Positions 24,888 to 34,249 of a stretch of DNA of 64,000 nucleotides are shown here, piece by piece. Position 1 is the first letter of the stretch; the number at the start of each line of letters is the position of its first letter. A program made the translations under genes and the position numbers. Source of the DNA: Azolla caroliniana (Eukaryota > Plantae > Polypodiophyta); the NCBI GenBank assembly GCA_043228905.1, contig JBHGNT010000016.1, positions 11,222,001 to 11,286,000 of the forward strand, written 5' to 3'. The notes beneath the pieces are model-generated. The model did not search any database. It was given only the letters and a program-made list of their open reading frames with translations, and was not told the DNA's origin.

Positions 24888-27530
24888 ATGGAACCACAAA
24901 CGCTGTCGGAAGCGGCCAGGAAATGGTTCAGGCAACACGGACTGGAGGGGTTCTTGGCCATCATGGAGGCACCGCCGCACAGAGAAGCCGACCGGGTCAT
25001 CAAGGAGCTCGCCACAGAGGTCATCACCGAGGAAGCGATCCGTGCGCTAATAGGCCTTCCGGAGGGAGGTATCTTTCAGATCGATAACCCAACCTCGGAG
25101 CAACTCATCCGATATTTCGGTGAGTACTCTGTTGCCGGCAAAGGCTATCGAACGCAGGGCGGCGAAGATCCGCTATTCAGGGAGATAGCTCGAGTGCTCC
25201 ATGAGTACGGCCACGTGTACCCTCGACCCCCTGTCATGCCAAAAAACCGGGCAGGGATGATCATAGCCACCTATGAAGGGATCAAGGTGGACTGGCCGGT
25301 GTTGATTGCAGACGGTTTGTGCACGGCAATCGACATGGTACGAGGAAAGGACGGCAAGGAGGGCCGGAAGCTGTGGCACGCCGTAGCTCAGTGGATAACA
25401 TTGCTCGTGCCGCCGGTCGAGACCGTTCAGCCAAAGAAGCGGCCAAGAGTATCGGAAGGAAGCACCTCGAAGCCGGCGTCCAAACGACAGCAGCTGCTGG
25501 CGTCGAAGGCGACGAAAGGGAAGAAACGGCTCTCAGAACCGGAGGAGGTGTCACCGGCCCGACCCGTTAAGATAACCATACGGCGACCGGGACAGAAGGA
25601 ACCGGAACCCTTGACGGCACAGAAACATGCCGTTACACAGGAAGAGGAAACGGAGGAGCCAGAAGAGCACCTCCAAAGACGGTCAAGAAGTAGGACCGCC
25701 GAGACAGGGGGGGAGCGGTCGTACCCGCGAGAGGCAGAAACGCCCCCAACTCAACCTGAGCAAACCACAAGGGAGGAACCGGAACCGGTGCGTAGGGAAC
25801 CGGCCTTGTCAACTTCTATAGAAGAAGTCATTCCAACGGCTCCGGAGACGGCGAGAACCGGAACTCAACAGCCGGCGAGCCCAGCCAGCACACACGGCGG
25901 CCAAGGAGTAGAACCAGAACGGCAGATGCAGGCACTCAGGCCAGAAAATTCCACAGTGAACCAGCCGACCCAACCAGTACAGCAGCAAGGCACCAGTAGC
26001 ATGTGGCTACGGTGGGTAGGCGAGCAAATCGCCGGAGCGGTCGAGTATATAGAGGCGGAGGAGAGAGCGCACCAGGAACGGTTGCTCGTCACAACCGTAG
26101 ATCTAGAGACGGCCCGGTCCAGAATCCGGAGCCTTGAACAAGACTTGGACAGGGTCACAAGGGAAATGGCTCAATTGGCTTTGACAACACAAGTCCAAGC
26201 ACCGGTGACTCCGGGCAATGTACAGAATAAGGCGTCAGATCAACCTGTACATAGCAACCAGACCCCGGCAACGGAAACCGTTCCGGAGAGAAATGCGGCA
26301 CAAGCCCAAGAGCTGGCGGATTTAAAGGATGAGCTAGCTGCCCAAGAAGCGTTGAGGAGCCGCGAAAGAGAATTGAAGACGGCAGCGGAGGCAGAACTCA
26401 AAAAGACTGCTGAGAATCTACGCTGGGCCGAGGAGAGCTTACGGAAAGGCCACCAAGCGTACGACCGGCTCAAGGAGGAGAAGGAGAAAATGCTGCAAGA
26501 GAAGGAGAGGCTCCGGAGAAACGCCGAAACAGAAGTAGAGCGCCTGAAAGAGGAACTCCGGCAGGTAAAGGACCGGGAGGACCGAAACCATCGCCAGATC
26601 AACGGCAAGCTCAAACAAAAAACGGAGGAATTTGAGCAATTGCACCGGGAGTATAAACGGTTGCAAACGGAGCACAAGGAACGGACAGATGAGCTCCGGC
26701 AAGCAGTTGATCGGACCGCAACCGCATTCGCCAAGGAACAAGCGGAAACCAGAAGACGGTTGGAAGAGGCGGAGAAGGTTCGGACAGAGCTCCTCAGGCA
26801 ACAGCAGGCGGAAAAAGAAAGAGCGGCGGAGGTACTGCAGAGGCTGCAAACGACATATCAAGGGCAGCTGACGCGCTACAGAGAGCAGGCGGAGGATACA
26901 GCTAATCTCATCAAGCAGTTGAAGGAGGAGCGACAAGTTGTGGAAAGCAGAGCGCAAATGGGAGCAAGTCGCATCCAGGATATCATGCGGGCCTGGTTGA
27001 ACCAGACCAAGAGCTTGATTGACAACGGGTCCGTCAAATGGTGGACCAAGTGGGCCACGAATGCGGCGGAACTCCAATTGCTCCGGGCCGACGTAGAGAA
27101 CCGGCGGAAGGAGGGAGATGATTGCTATATGCTGAATTCCGAAGACTTCACCGGCATAAGAGATGAGTTGGCCGAAGACTTTCAAGCCTTGGCGGAGGAC
27201 CAACTAGAGCAAGTCCGGCAGCTTGTAGCTCAGCTGGACGACGACAGGCTGGAGGCGCAGATCCAGTTTGAAAGCTATGAGAGGTCCCGGATCCGGGAAG
27301 AGAAAGCACGAGAACCGGTTACGGTCAACCTCAGTGATGAGGAACCGGTACTGGAAGGAGACCGGACCGGAAGCAGTCAAACGGAGATGCCGGAGTCAGA
27401 GAATAGAGAAACAAACGGAGCAGCCGCCGAGCAGCCGCCTATAGAGCAGCCGGAACAGCCTCAGTCCCAACCGCAACCACAGCAGCAGCAGCAGCAAGCA
27501 CAACCGCAACAACCACAACCGGAAGAATAA
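24888..27530 (+). CDS. Element B extra ORF (~880 aa): globular N-domain, disordered linker, long coiled coil, conserved helical C-domain, Q/P tail
   Basis: Uninterrupted frame. The ATG at 24888 matches where the element C homolog begins. No obvious transmembrane segment. Confidence 0.8.
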   Translation: MEPQTLSEAARKWFRQHGLEGFLAIMEAPPHREADRVIKELATEVITEEAIRALIGLPEGGIFQIDNPTSEQLIRYFGEYSVAGKGYRTQGGEDPLFREIARVLHEYGHVYPRPPVMPKNRAGMIIATYEGIKVDWPVLIADGLCTAIDMVRGKDGKEGRKLWHAVAQWITLLVPPVETVQPKKRPRVSEGSTSKPASKRQQLLASKATKGKKRLSEPEEVSPARPVKITIRRPGQKEPEPLTAQKHAVTQEEETEEPEEHLQRRSRSRTAETGGERSYPREAETPPTQPEQTTREEPEPVRREPALSTSIEEVIPTAPETARTGTQQPASPASTHGGQGVEPERQMQALRPENSTVNQPTQPVQQQGTSSMWLRWVGEQIAGAVEYIEAEERAHQERLLVTTVDLETARSRIRSLEQDLDRVTREMAQLALTTQVQAPVTPGNVQNKASDQPVHSNQTPATETVPERNAAQAQELADLKDELAAQEALRSRERELKTAAEAELKKTAENLRWAEESLRKGHQAYDRLKEEKEKMLQEKERLRRNAETEVERLKEELRQVKDREDRNHRQINGKLKQKTEEFEQLHREYKRLQTEHKERTDELRQAVDRTATAFAKEQAETRRRLEEAEKVRTELLRQQQAEKERAAEVLQRLQTTYQGQLTRYREQAEDTANLIKQLKEERQVVESRAQMGASRIQDIMRAWLNQTKSLIDNGSVKWWTKWATNAAELQLLRADVENRRKEGDDCYMLNSEDFTGIRDELAEDFQALAEDQLEQVRQLVAQLDDDRLEAQIQFESYERSRIREEKAREPVTVNLSDEEPVLEGDRTGSSQTEMPESENRETNGAAAEQPPIEQPEQPQSQPQPQQQQQQAQPQQPQPEE

Positions 27531-27588
27531 TTGGAAACTCTGGAACAAGATATTTTGGACAGTTTGGGTGAACAATGAAGGGGCCGAG

Positions 27589-27628
27589 AAGGGTTCGACG
27601 TACAAGGTACTGTCCCACGGGCGTGCCA
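27589..27628 (+). other. tRNA-3'-end-like motif at the PPT position of element B
   Basis: AAGGGTTCGA-CGTACAAGGTACT-GTCCCACGGGCGTGCCA, then TG, then the 3' LTR. Confidence 0.85.
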
Positions 27629-27630
27629 TG

Positions 27631-28053
27631 TGTTACCGGCCGGCAAGGAGTCCAAAATACGGAGTGAAGGAATTAATTATATATGGTTGTAAATGAGCAT
27701 AGTGTGGACGGACGGACTGGAAACGGTATGCCGTTCCAGATCCAGACGGATCCCGAATAGGTGCGATAGGCACCGTTTTGTACTACGGGCCGGAAACCTA
27801 TTTAAAGGCCCGGACCCCATTGTAATGGCAGCGGATAATTAATAGAGCTTATGATGTTTATACTTCTGTCTTGATTTCCGTTCTGTAATTACTGTTATAT
27901 CTTACGCGTGTAATTAACCAAAGCACTCTAATCGTGTAACCTACCTACGTAAGTCGGTGTAATCGTTGAATCTTAATCCTATGCCGTAATCACCCTTTGG
28001 TGAAGTGTCTCCGTGACACCTTGTGTTAGGCCTTGTCCGGCTAGAGTGTAACA
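27631..28053 (+). repeat. Element B 3' LTR
   Basis: Direct repeat of 18310-18728. Confidence 0.95.
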
Positions 28054-28211
28054 AGCAGCAACTCTAAACAGTTTGCCCTAAGTCATATTTATACACATAT
28101 GACTTTCGGGCTATTTACAAATATAGCCTCAAGGGCCCTTGGCAAACATATTCACAAATATGTCCCCGCATCCGGATCTCTCTCCGGGTACATTCGTCAT
28201 CCGGCTCCGTA

Positions 28212-28325
28212 GCCGGGGTCTTCATCATCCGGATCCGGAACCGGGGTCTTCATCATCCGGATTCGGAACCGGGGTCTTCATCATCCGCATCCAGAACCGG
28301 GGTCTTCATCATCCGGATCCGGAAC
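28212..28325. repeat. 27-bp tandem repeat (4 copies) within the solo LTR
   Basis: ccggggtcttcatcatccggatccggaa repeated. Confidence 0.85.
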
Positions 28326-29593
28326 CAAAACCGGGCTTGCCGTCATTCATCTCCGGACATCCCATCCGGAGGGACCGAAATCCCAACAATCCGATCTCCA
28401 TCGGTTGTTGTTTCGGTAACGGTTGTCGTCCCGACGGTAATCGTCGTCATGGCACCGTCTATCCGGCGATCGGGGTCGTTGGTTACCCTAGTTCCGGTAG
28501 GATTGTCGCTCGTCCTAACGAGAGTATGTATCCCTAGTCTTGATCTGGCGAACCGGGGCCGTCGTTGTGCGGTTGAGCATATTGTATTCACAATGCTCGA
28601 CAGTGTGAGATCAGGACTGGCAGATCGGACACTGTGGCCGGTGACGACATTCGAGGGCCAGATGGCCTGATCCCGAGCAAACTGTGCATTGGAGGGCTTG
28701 GCGGAAGCGATTGTCCTCCTGGGGAAGGGCGCTTTGTAGTGAACTCATAGTGAAAGTTGTGCTTTGCTGAGTCCGATCGAGGGCGAGGACGCGCGCTATG
28801 ACTTGCTCGATCATTTGGTTGGCAAAATTAGTAAGTGCGAGAGTCGTCCGTAGAGGCTCCCGTAGGCTAGACAGGAATGCGTTCGGAATGTGTTGTGCAG
28901 AGACATCGTCGGCCACTTGTCTGTAGAGATCCCGGAACCGGATTGTGAACTGTGCGACCGTCTCGTGTGGTTCTTGTCGCATGGAAAAGAATTGTCGGAG
29001 CAATTCTCGTTTGGGCACCTCACGATGGAACAATTCTAGGAACTGCGTGTGAACGTCGTGGAAGGTGACAAACTCCCCTGTGTCGAGGCCAGAATACCAT
29101 CTCACAGCTAGTCCATCAAGGGATAGCGTAAACTCGGCAATTTTTGAAGCCTCGATTTCGGTAGGCGAGAGTCGCTGTGTTGAGTGGTTGGCCTGCCAGG
29201 TGGACACAAAGGCACGGATGTGCGACTCCGCGTCGGGGTTGTCAGTGTATCGTGGGTAAGGATACGCCATGGTATCGAATTCGGGGTCTTCCGGTAAAAC
29301 CGGAAAAGGGTTAGGGTTAGGGTGAGTGACCTCTGGAGGGCTTGGTGGAGAGGTTGGTGTGGACTCAACTCGCGACCAAGTAGCAGGTGGCGAGGATTGC
29401 AACCGGTGAGCCTCCGATATTTCTTGGAAAGACTGATCCGTGACCGCCGAGTCGGAAGTTCCTTCGACTGGCTTAGGGCGTCGGGCGGGTGGCCGAGACC
29501 TCATGGTGCGAGAGGGCGCCGTAACGGCGGCTGTTGGTTACCTTCAATGAAGTTCGTTGTGCACTCACAGCTGTAACCGGGCGTGCCAAATTG

Positions 29594-30026
29594 TGTTACC
29601 CGTTCCTTTGGGTGAACACCTTCGATAGATCTACGGCTATCGGTCTTCAAGGGCGTGGTACGTGAAGGCTCGTAACAGAGGCGTCGAGAGAGAGACAGGG
29701 CTTAGAGAGAAAACACTAGCGAGGTCTTGATAGACGTGGGCGGCGTTGAACTCATAGGTATGGATCAAAGCACAGACTCATGGAGCAAAATGGGCACAAA
29801 TCAAATATATTACTATGACAGAAAAGATTACAGAACACGGCCTATGGCCGGTGACCTTACAAGTTTATCTAGTTACGAAGGACTAAGCTAGTGCTTCCGC
29901 CTATATTTTTCTTCTCTCCCTCTCTGAGGTACTGGTCCTCGTTTAAATAACTTTTCCCCTAATACATAGCCGAGCCGTCGGCGTTTGCCAATTTCCTAAT
30001 TTTACATTTCTATCCTCTGGACAACA
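29594..30026 (-). repeat. Element C 5' LTR
   Basis: TGTTACC...CAACA, 5 nt from the PBS, upstream of gag on the minus strand. Confidence 0.85.
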
Positions 30027-30383
30027 AGATTAAAATTGTAATCTAGGTTTACGGGGAGGTAACCCCAACTATTAGTATACATAGGAAGAATAGCCCTTTT
30101 ACAGGGAGTTTGTTGGCATAAAAGGCCGACTCCTTCCACTTTGTATCCTAAGTGTGAACACCTTCTCAAGTTAGCGCTTGAGTATATATATAAGCCCAAA
30201 TGTAACATTGTAGAGAGAGAGTTACAAAAGAGAAATACAATCTTCTATTAGAGCTTCAACTGTGCATCTTGTTTCTTACTTTCCTTGATATAGTGCACAT
30301 TCTACTTCTCTGTCTTGTACTTGTTGTTTGCTTGGCACTACCTTGCAGGTGCTCATATATTCTTCCACATATCATCCTCAACA
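30027..30383 (+). repeat. Partial LTR remnant
   Basis: TATATATAAG box, tgta and GA-rich tract, ends CTCAACA; interrupts a copia gag. Confidence 0.5.
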
Positions 30384-31672
30384 ACGATTGTAGTGGATGC
30401 GTTGCATACGGTTGTAATGAAGGTCTCCCACGGAGGTGGAAGGCTAGTCATCAACAATAGAGCTTTAGGATCATCATCAACCGTCATATGTTGAGCTCAG
30501 ATCTAGGAGATTATGCCCTTGTAGGAGTTCAGGTGTGCCATGATCGAGTTGGAGTCCTTTATCCGAAGATTGTAAAGGTGTTGTATTAGATATATCTTCG
30601 TTCCGGCCACCATTTTCTTGTAAGTATCTGACAACATTTTCCACAATTCATGAGTTGTAGCACAAGATTGAAACGTGTAATACACGGATTCAAATATGTG
30701 CATGCGAATGGTAGGACAAGCTACCCGGTCCAACTTCATGCAATTGTTTGGTTCATATTCTGTTGGAGCATTATCAATTTTTATTGGATCAATTTGACCC
30801 CTCACTATTAGGTAGTCTTCCTTCCAAAAGTTGAAGTTCGTGCCATCAAACTTCCGAAGACTCATTCTCGATGAGCTGGATGTCGAAGCCATTGTAGTAA
30901 GAATTGGCTAGTTCATAGTTTTGCTTGGAGTGGTTACGACCGTATGTGGTTTACCTAAGGTGAGATCTAGTCAGAGTGTGCACGAACGTGGAGAAGGAAG
31001 TGCTTCTCTCTTTCACGAAGTGCAGGTTTGTAGTCGCCGAACGGAAGTTTCAATAGAAATTTCAACAAAGTGAAATTTGGGGAATCTGTTCCAATAAATC
31101 TAGCAAGCTTGGATTCTTCATCAGACGAATGAAATGCGAATGTTGCAGGAGTGAACGACGACCTGCAATGGACGAACCTCTTGCTCTGATACCAACTATT
31201 GGGAAAGATTGTTGTCAGTAAACATGTGCAATAGTGTATATATGATTGTGTGTGAGCTAATAAACAACAATTGTGTGGATGAAACAAAAGATTAGTGTAA
31301 TCTTAGGCTAATTCTAAGTAGAAAGGAGAGAAAGGGTGAGAGAGAGACGACTGGCACAATGGTATATATTGTATACTTCAAGAAAGGGAAACAACAACAA
31401 ACAGACAATACAAGCTTGGTTATATGCTAACACAAGCTAGGGCAAATGCCCTTTTCGATTATTACAAATATGGGCGTGAATACGACCATTATATGACCAT
31501 ATTCGACACAAGAAGTGGAGCCTAAACACTCCAAACAAAGACGTGAATTATGGCTAATGATGATGGCCAAGGCATTGAGAGAGGACATGGAGACAAGAAG
31601 AAAACTAAAACTAAAGCTCTAGTGGAACGTGATAAATAGTGTTGATATTGTCACTTTTATACTTCTCTTACA
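30384..31672 (-). mobile_element. Copia 5' remnant (LTR ~31197-31672, PBS 31183-31194, degraded gag)
   Basis: TGGTATCAGAGC on the minus strand; ORF 30503-30892 with KFDGTNFNFWK. Confidence 0.8.
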
Positions 31673-32458
31673 ATTTAATATAATATAATTTTGTCTTGGG
31701 GCTTTGTCTCATGCTTGGTGTATTTTCCTCCTCGTTTTCACATTGGGCCAACGTCAATATCGTCAGACAAGGTCTCAACGTAAAGTGACGAACTAATACC
31801 AAACCTTGTAATCTAGTATTGTTATTGACATTGTAACAATTGTTCATTTAAATTAGGTTGTTTTCTTTAACAAAGTAGAAAGGAATGCAATGATGCTTCC
31901 TGGATGAGGAGTAAAGAGTCCCAAGAGCATTTGCAATTTCTTCTGATGTGCACGATCGGGGGGCAATGCTTTTTATACCTAAAATGTTTTCTTGTTAAGA
32001 TTGAATGCATGTCTAAACAAATCCTCAGAGATTGAATTAGATGATATTCCATCTGCATTTGTGTTGCCATTGCTAAAGGTTGGTTACATTTTGTAGGACA
32101 TATTCATTCCCTATTCCTTTTCGAGTTACGAAGATAATATCAATGTCATTGCTCAATATAATGTATCTGTTAGTCATAGGTGGAGTGGAGGTCTTAGGAT
32201 GCAATGCAACATCACTTTCTTATACAAAGCAGAGGCATCTCAAAAATACGACACAAAGGAGATTGGATCATTGCTGGTTGCTTTATATGTCGCATCTTGG
32301 GCGTATGTTTCATGTTGTCGTAAGTGAACAATTGACCGAATGAGCAACACCCTAAAATCGGTGGATCATTCGGTCTCATACATACCTGTCCCATGGTCTT
32401 GTTGACCTTTGTTTCTGTATGTTCTTTAATGCTAACTATTGTTTGTTGTATCAGTATG

Positions 32459-32512
32459 TATGTTTGCCTGTATGTATGTTTCCTTGTATGTGTGTGTGTG
32501 TACATACATACA

Positions 32513-32543
<31 letters not shown>

Positions 32544-32565
32544 TATGTATGTATATGTATATACA
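32459..32565. repeat. (TG)n / (TACA)n microsatellite upstream of the gene
   Basis: Directly visible. Confidence 0.85.
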
Positions 32566-32702
32566 TTGTGTGCGTTTGTTGTGTTGACTAATGGTGTGCT
32601 GCCCTGCCCTGCCCTGCTTCTTTCTACCTTTTTGAGTTTTATAAAGAGGGAGATCGGGAGGGAGAGAGAGAAGCAGAATGCTGCTGCTACCGCAAACCCT
32701 TC

Positions 32703-34249
32703 ATGGCCACCAGGCTCTTCTTCACCATGGCGGCTTGTCTCCTTTTCTTCGTCTTCATCATCATCTTCTTCTTCAGCGTCTTTACCATGACGGACATGGA
32801 TACCCTCCTGTTCGGCGCCTTGGCAGGAGGCCCCTCCTCCCGCACAATCAAGAACAGTAGGTACATGGCTCCCTTGAACACCTCCTCCTCCTCCTCCTCC
32901 TTTACAGATCTCTTGGACGCATACAACCAGTGGGATGCGAAGGTGGGTTGCTCGTCAATGTCTCGTGACGCCAATTATGGTGCATCAATCAGCCATAACC
33001 CTAGCCTGCAGAGCCCTCACCCGGTGGCATGCTCCTCCCTCAAGCAGAAGCATGTGATCGTGTACATCAAGGAGTGGACATGGATCCCTGACAACATCCA
33101 GAACCTGTATTCCTGTGACTGTGGCCTCACTTGCATGTGGACAAAGTCCCAAATCCTGGCTGATGATCCAGATGTGCTACTTTATGAGTCAGTCACTCCG
33201 CCACGCCAGGTAATTATCACCATAGTCCTTTTCTATTTCTTCAGGCCTTTTTGACTTTCAATCGTGCCCTTATTAATGAACGAACAATCATGTCGATTCG
33301 ATTTGCATGTAGATGTCGTTATGTATGCATACCAATTTCCAGATCCTGGATGTCAAACTTGAGTAAGATTGTTAAGGCTATGAGTGGATTGCTGTTTATG
33401 CTTATCAGAGGCGTAGAGGAGAGCCATTGAGGGCTTACATGGATTTAGAGGCAGGAAGACGGCGTAGTGGATTTGAAGACATATTCATAGGGTATCATGC
33501 AGGTGATACAGTTCAAGCAACATATGCAGGGGCATCATTTCACATTCAAAGGAGCTATTTCACCTCTTCAATCAAGAGAGATGTATGTATGAAAGGATTC
33601 TACTTCTTGATATATTTGGTTTCATCTATAATACACCCACGATAGTCACTAACCATTACATATTTGCCTCATGTAGGACATCCTGGTATACTGGTCTTCA
33701 TCTCGATGTCTTCCTAACAGAGACAAAGTTGCAGCGGAGCTACTTTCTTATTTGCCACACCATTCTTTTGGGAAGTGTTTAAATAATGTTGATGGTCCAA
33801 ATGCTATGTTAACCATGTATCCGCACTGTGCAGAAGGGCAAGGTGATAGAGTATATTGGTCCTATCACTTGCATTGTACCATGTCACATTACAAGTTTGT
33901 ATTAGCAATTGAGAATACGTGGACTGAGAGCTATGTCACAGAGAAGCTCTTCTATGCCTTAGATGCTGGAGCGATTCCAATATATTTTGGAGCTCCGAAT
34001 GTGTTGGATTTAGTCCCACCTGGATCAATTATCCAGGGTTCAAAGTTTAAAACCATGGAAAAGCTGGGAGAGTATGTGAAGCAGGTAGCAGCTGATCCAG
34101 TGTTGTATGCAGAGTATCATGCATGGCGAAGATGTGGAGTGATGGGAAACTACTATCAGACAAGGGCTGTAAGCCTTGATTCTCTTCCATGTAGGTTGTG
34201 CTCAATAGTCAGCAAAGCTGGTGGAAAGATGGCGACGACTTTATCATGA
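32703..34249 (+). CDS. FUT13: Alpha-(1,4)-fucosyltransferase, GT10 (Lewis-a synthesis); exons 32703-33209, 33409-33582, 33677-34249; 417 aa
   Basis: N-terminal transmembrane anchor, WTWIPDN, CGLTCMWTKS, YMDLEAGR, VYWSSSRC, HSFGKC, YKFVLAIEN..ESYVTEKLFYAL. Two phase-0 GT-AG introns join the three exons into an open frame. Confidence 0.95.

Larger units (their letters stand above)
18310..28053 (+). mobile_element. Element B: full-length young non-chromovirus Ty3/gypsy element (gag-PR-RT-RH-INT plus extra ORF)
   Basis: LTRs 18310-18728 and 27631-28053 differ by 2 substitutions and a 4-bp indel by eye. TSD ATCAG/AGCAG (4 of 5 match). PBS-like TGGCGACCAC at 18735-18744. Confidence 0.95.
17926..28388 (-). 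mobile_element. Solo LTR (~715 bp, copia-like), inserted in the gag of element C and split by element B
   Basis: TG...CA ends, perfect 5-bp TSD ATCCG (17921-17925 and 28389-28393), tttacgtggaaaaccc motif. Element C sequence resumes across it. Confidence 0.88.
9033..30026 (-). mobile_element. Element C: degraded non-chromovirus Ty3/gypsy element with extra 3' ORF, hosting nested insertions
   Basis: 5' LTR 29594-30026, PBS TGGCACGCCCGGT at 29576-29588, gag 28611-29504, protease IIDGGSSVN (~16700), RT (15413-16513), RNase H VDASDIAIG (~15000), integrase (13300-14520), extra ORF (~9640-12747), 3' LTR ~9033-9520. Confidence 0.88.

Noticed and set aside
26439-27203. Long antisense ORFs within element B and the copia elements
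   Set aside because: Shadow frames of biased coding sequence on the other strand.
27589-27628. A real tRNA gene or tRNA-derived SINE at the motif
   Set aside because: No D-arm, anticodon arm, A-box, tail or TSD; the position is fixed relative to the LTR in three elements.
18310-28053. LTRs oriented opposite to the coding strand, making the 3' motif the ordinary PBS
   Set aside because: Disfavoured rather than excluded: TATA-like boxes and a PBS-like TGGC sequence lie in the coding sense upstream of gag in B and C.
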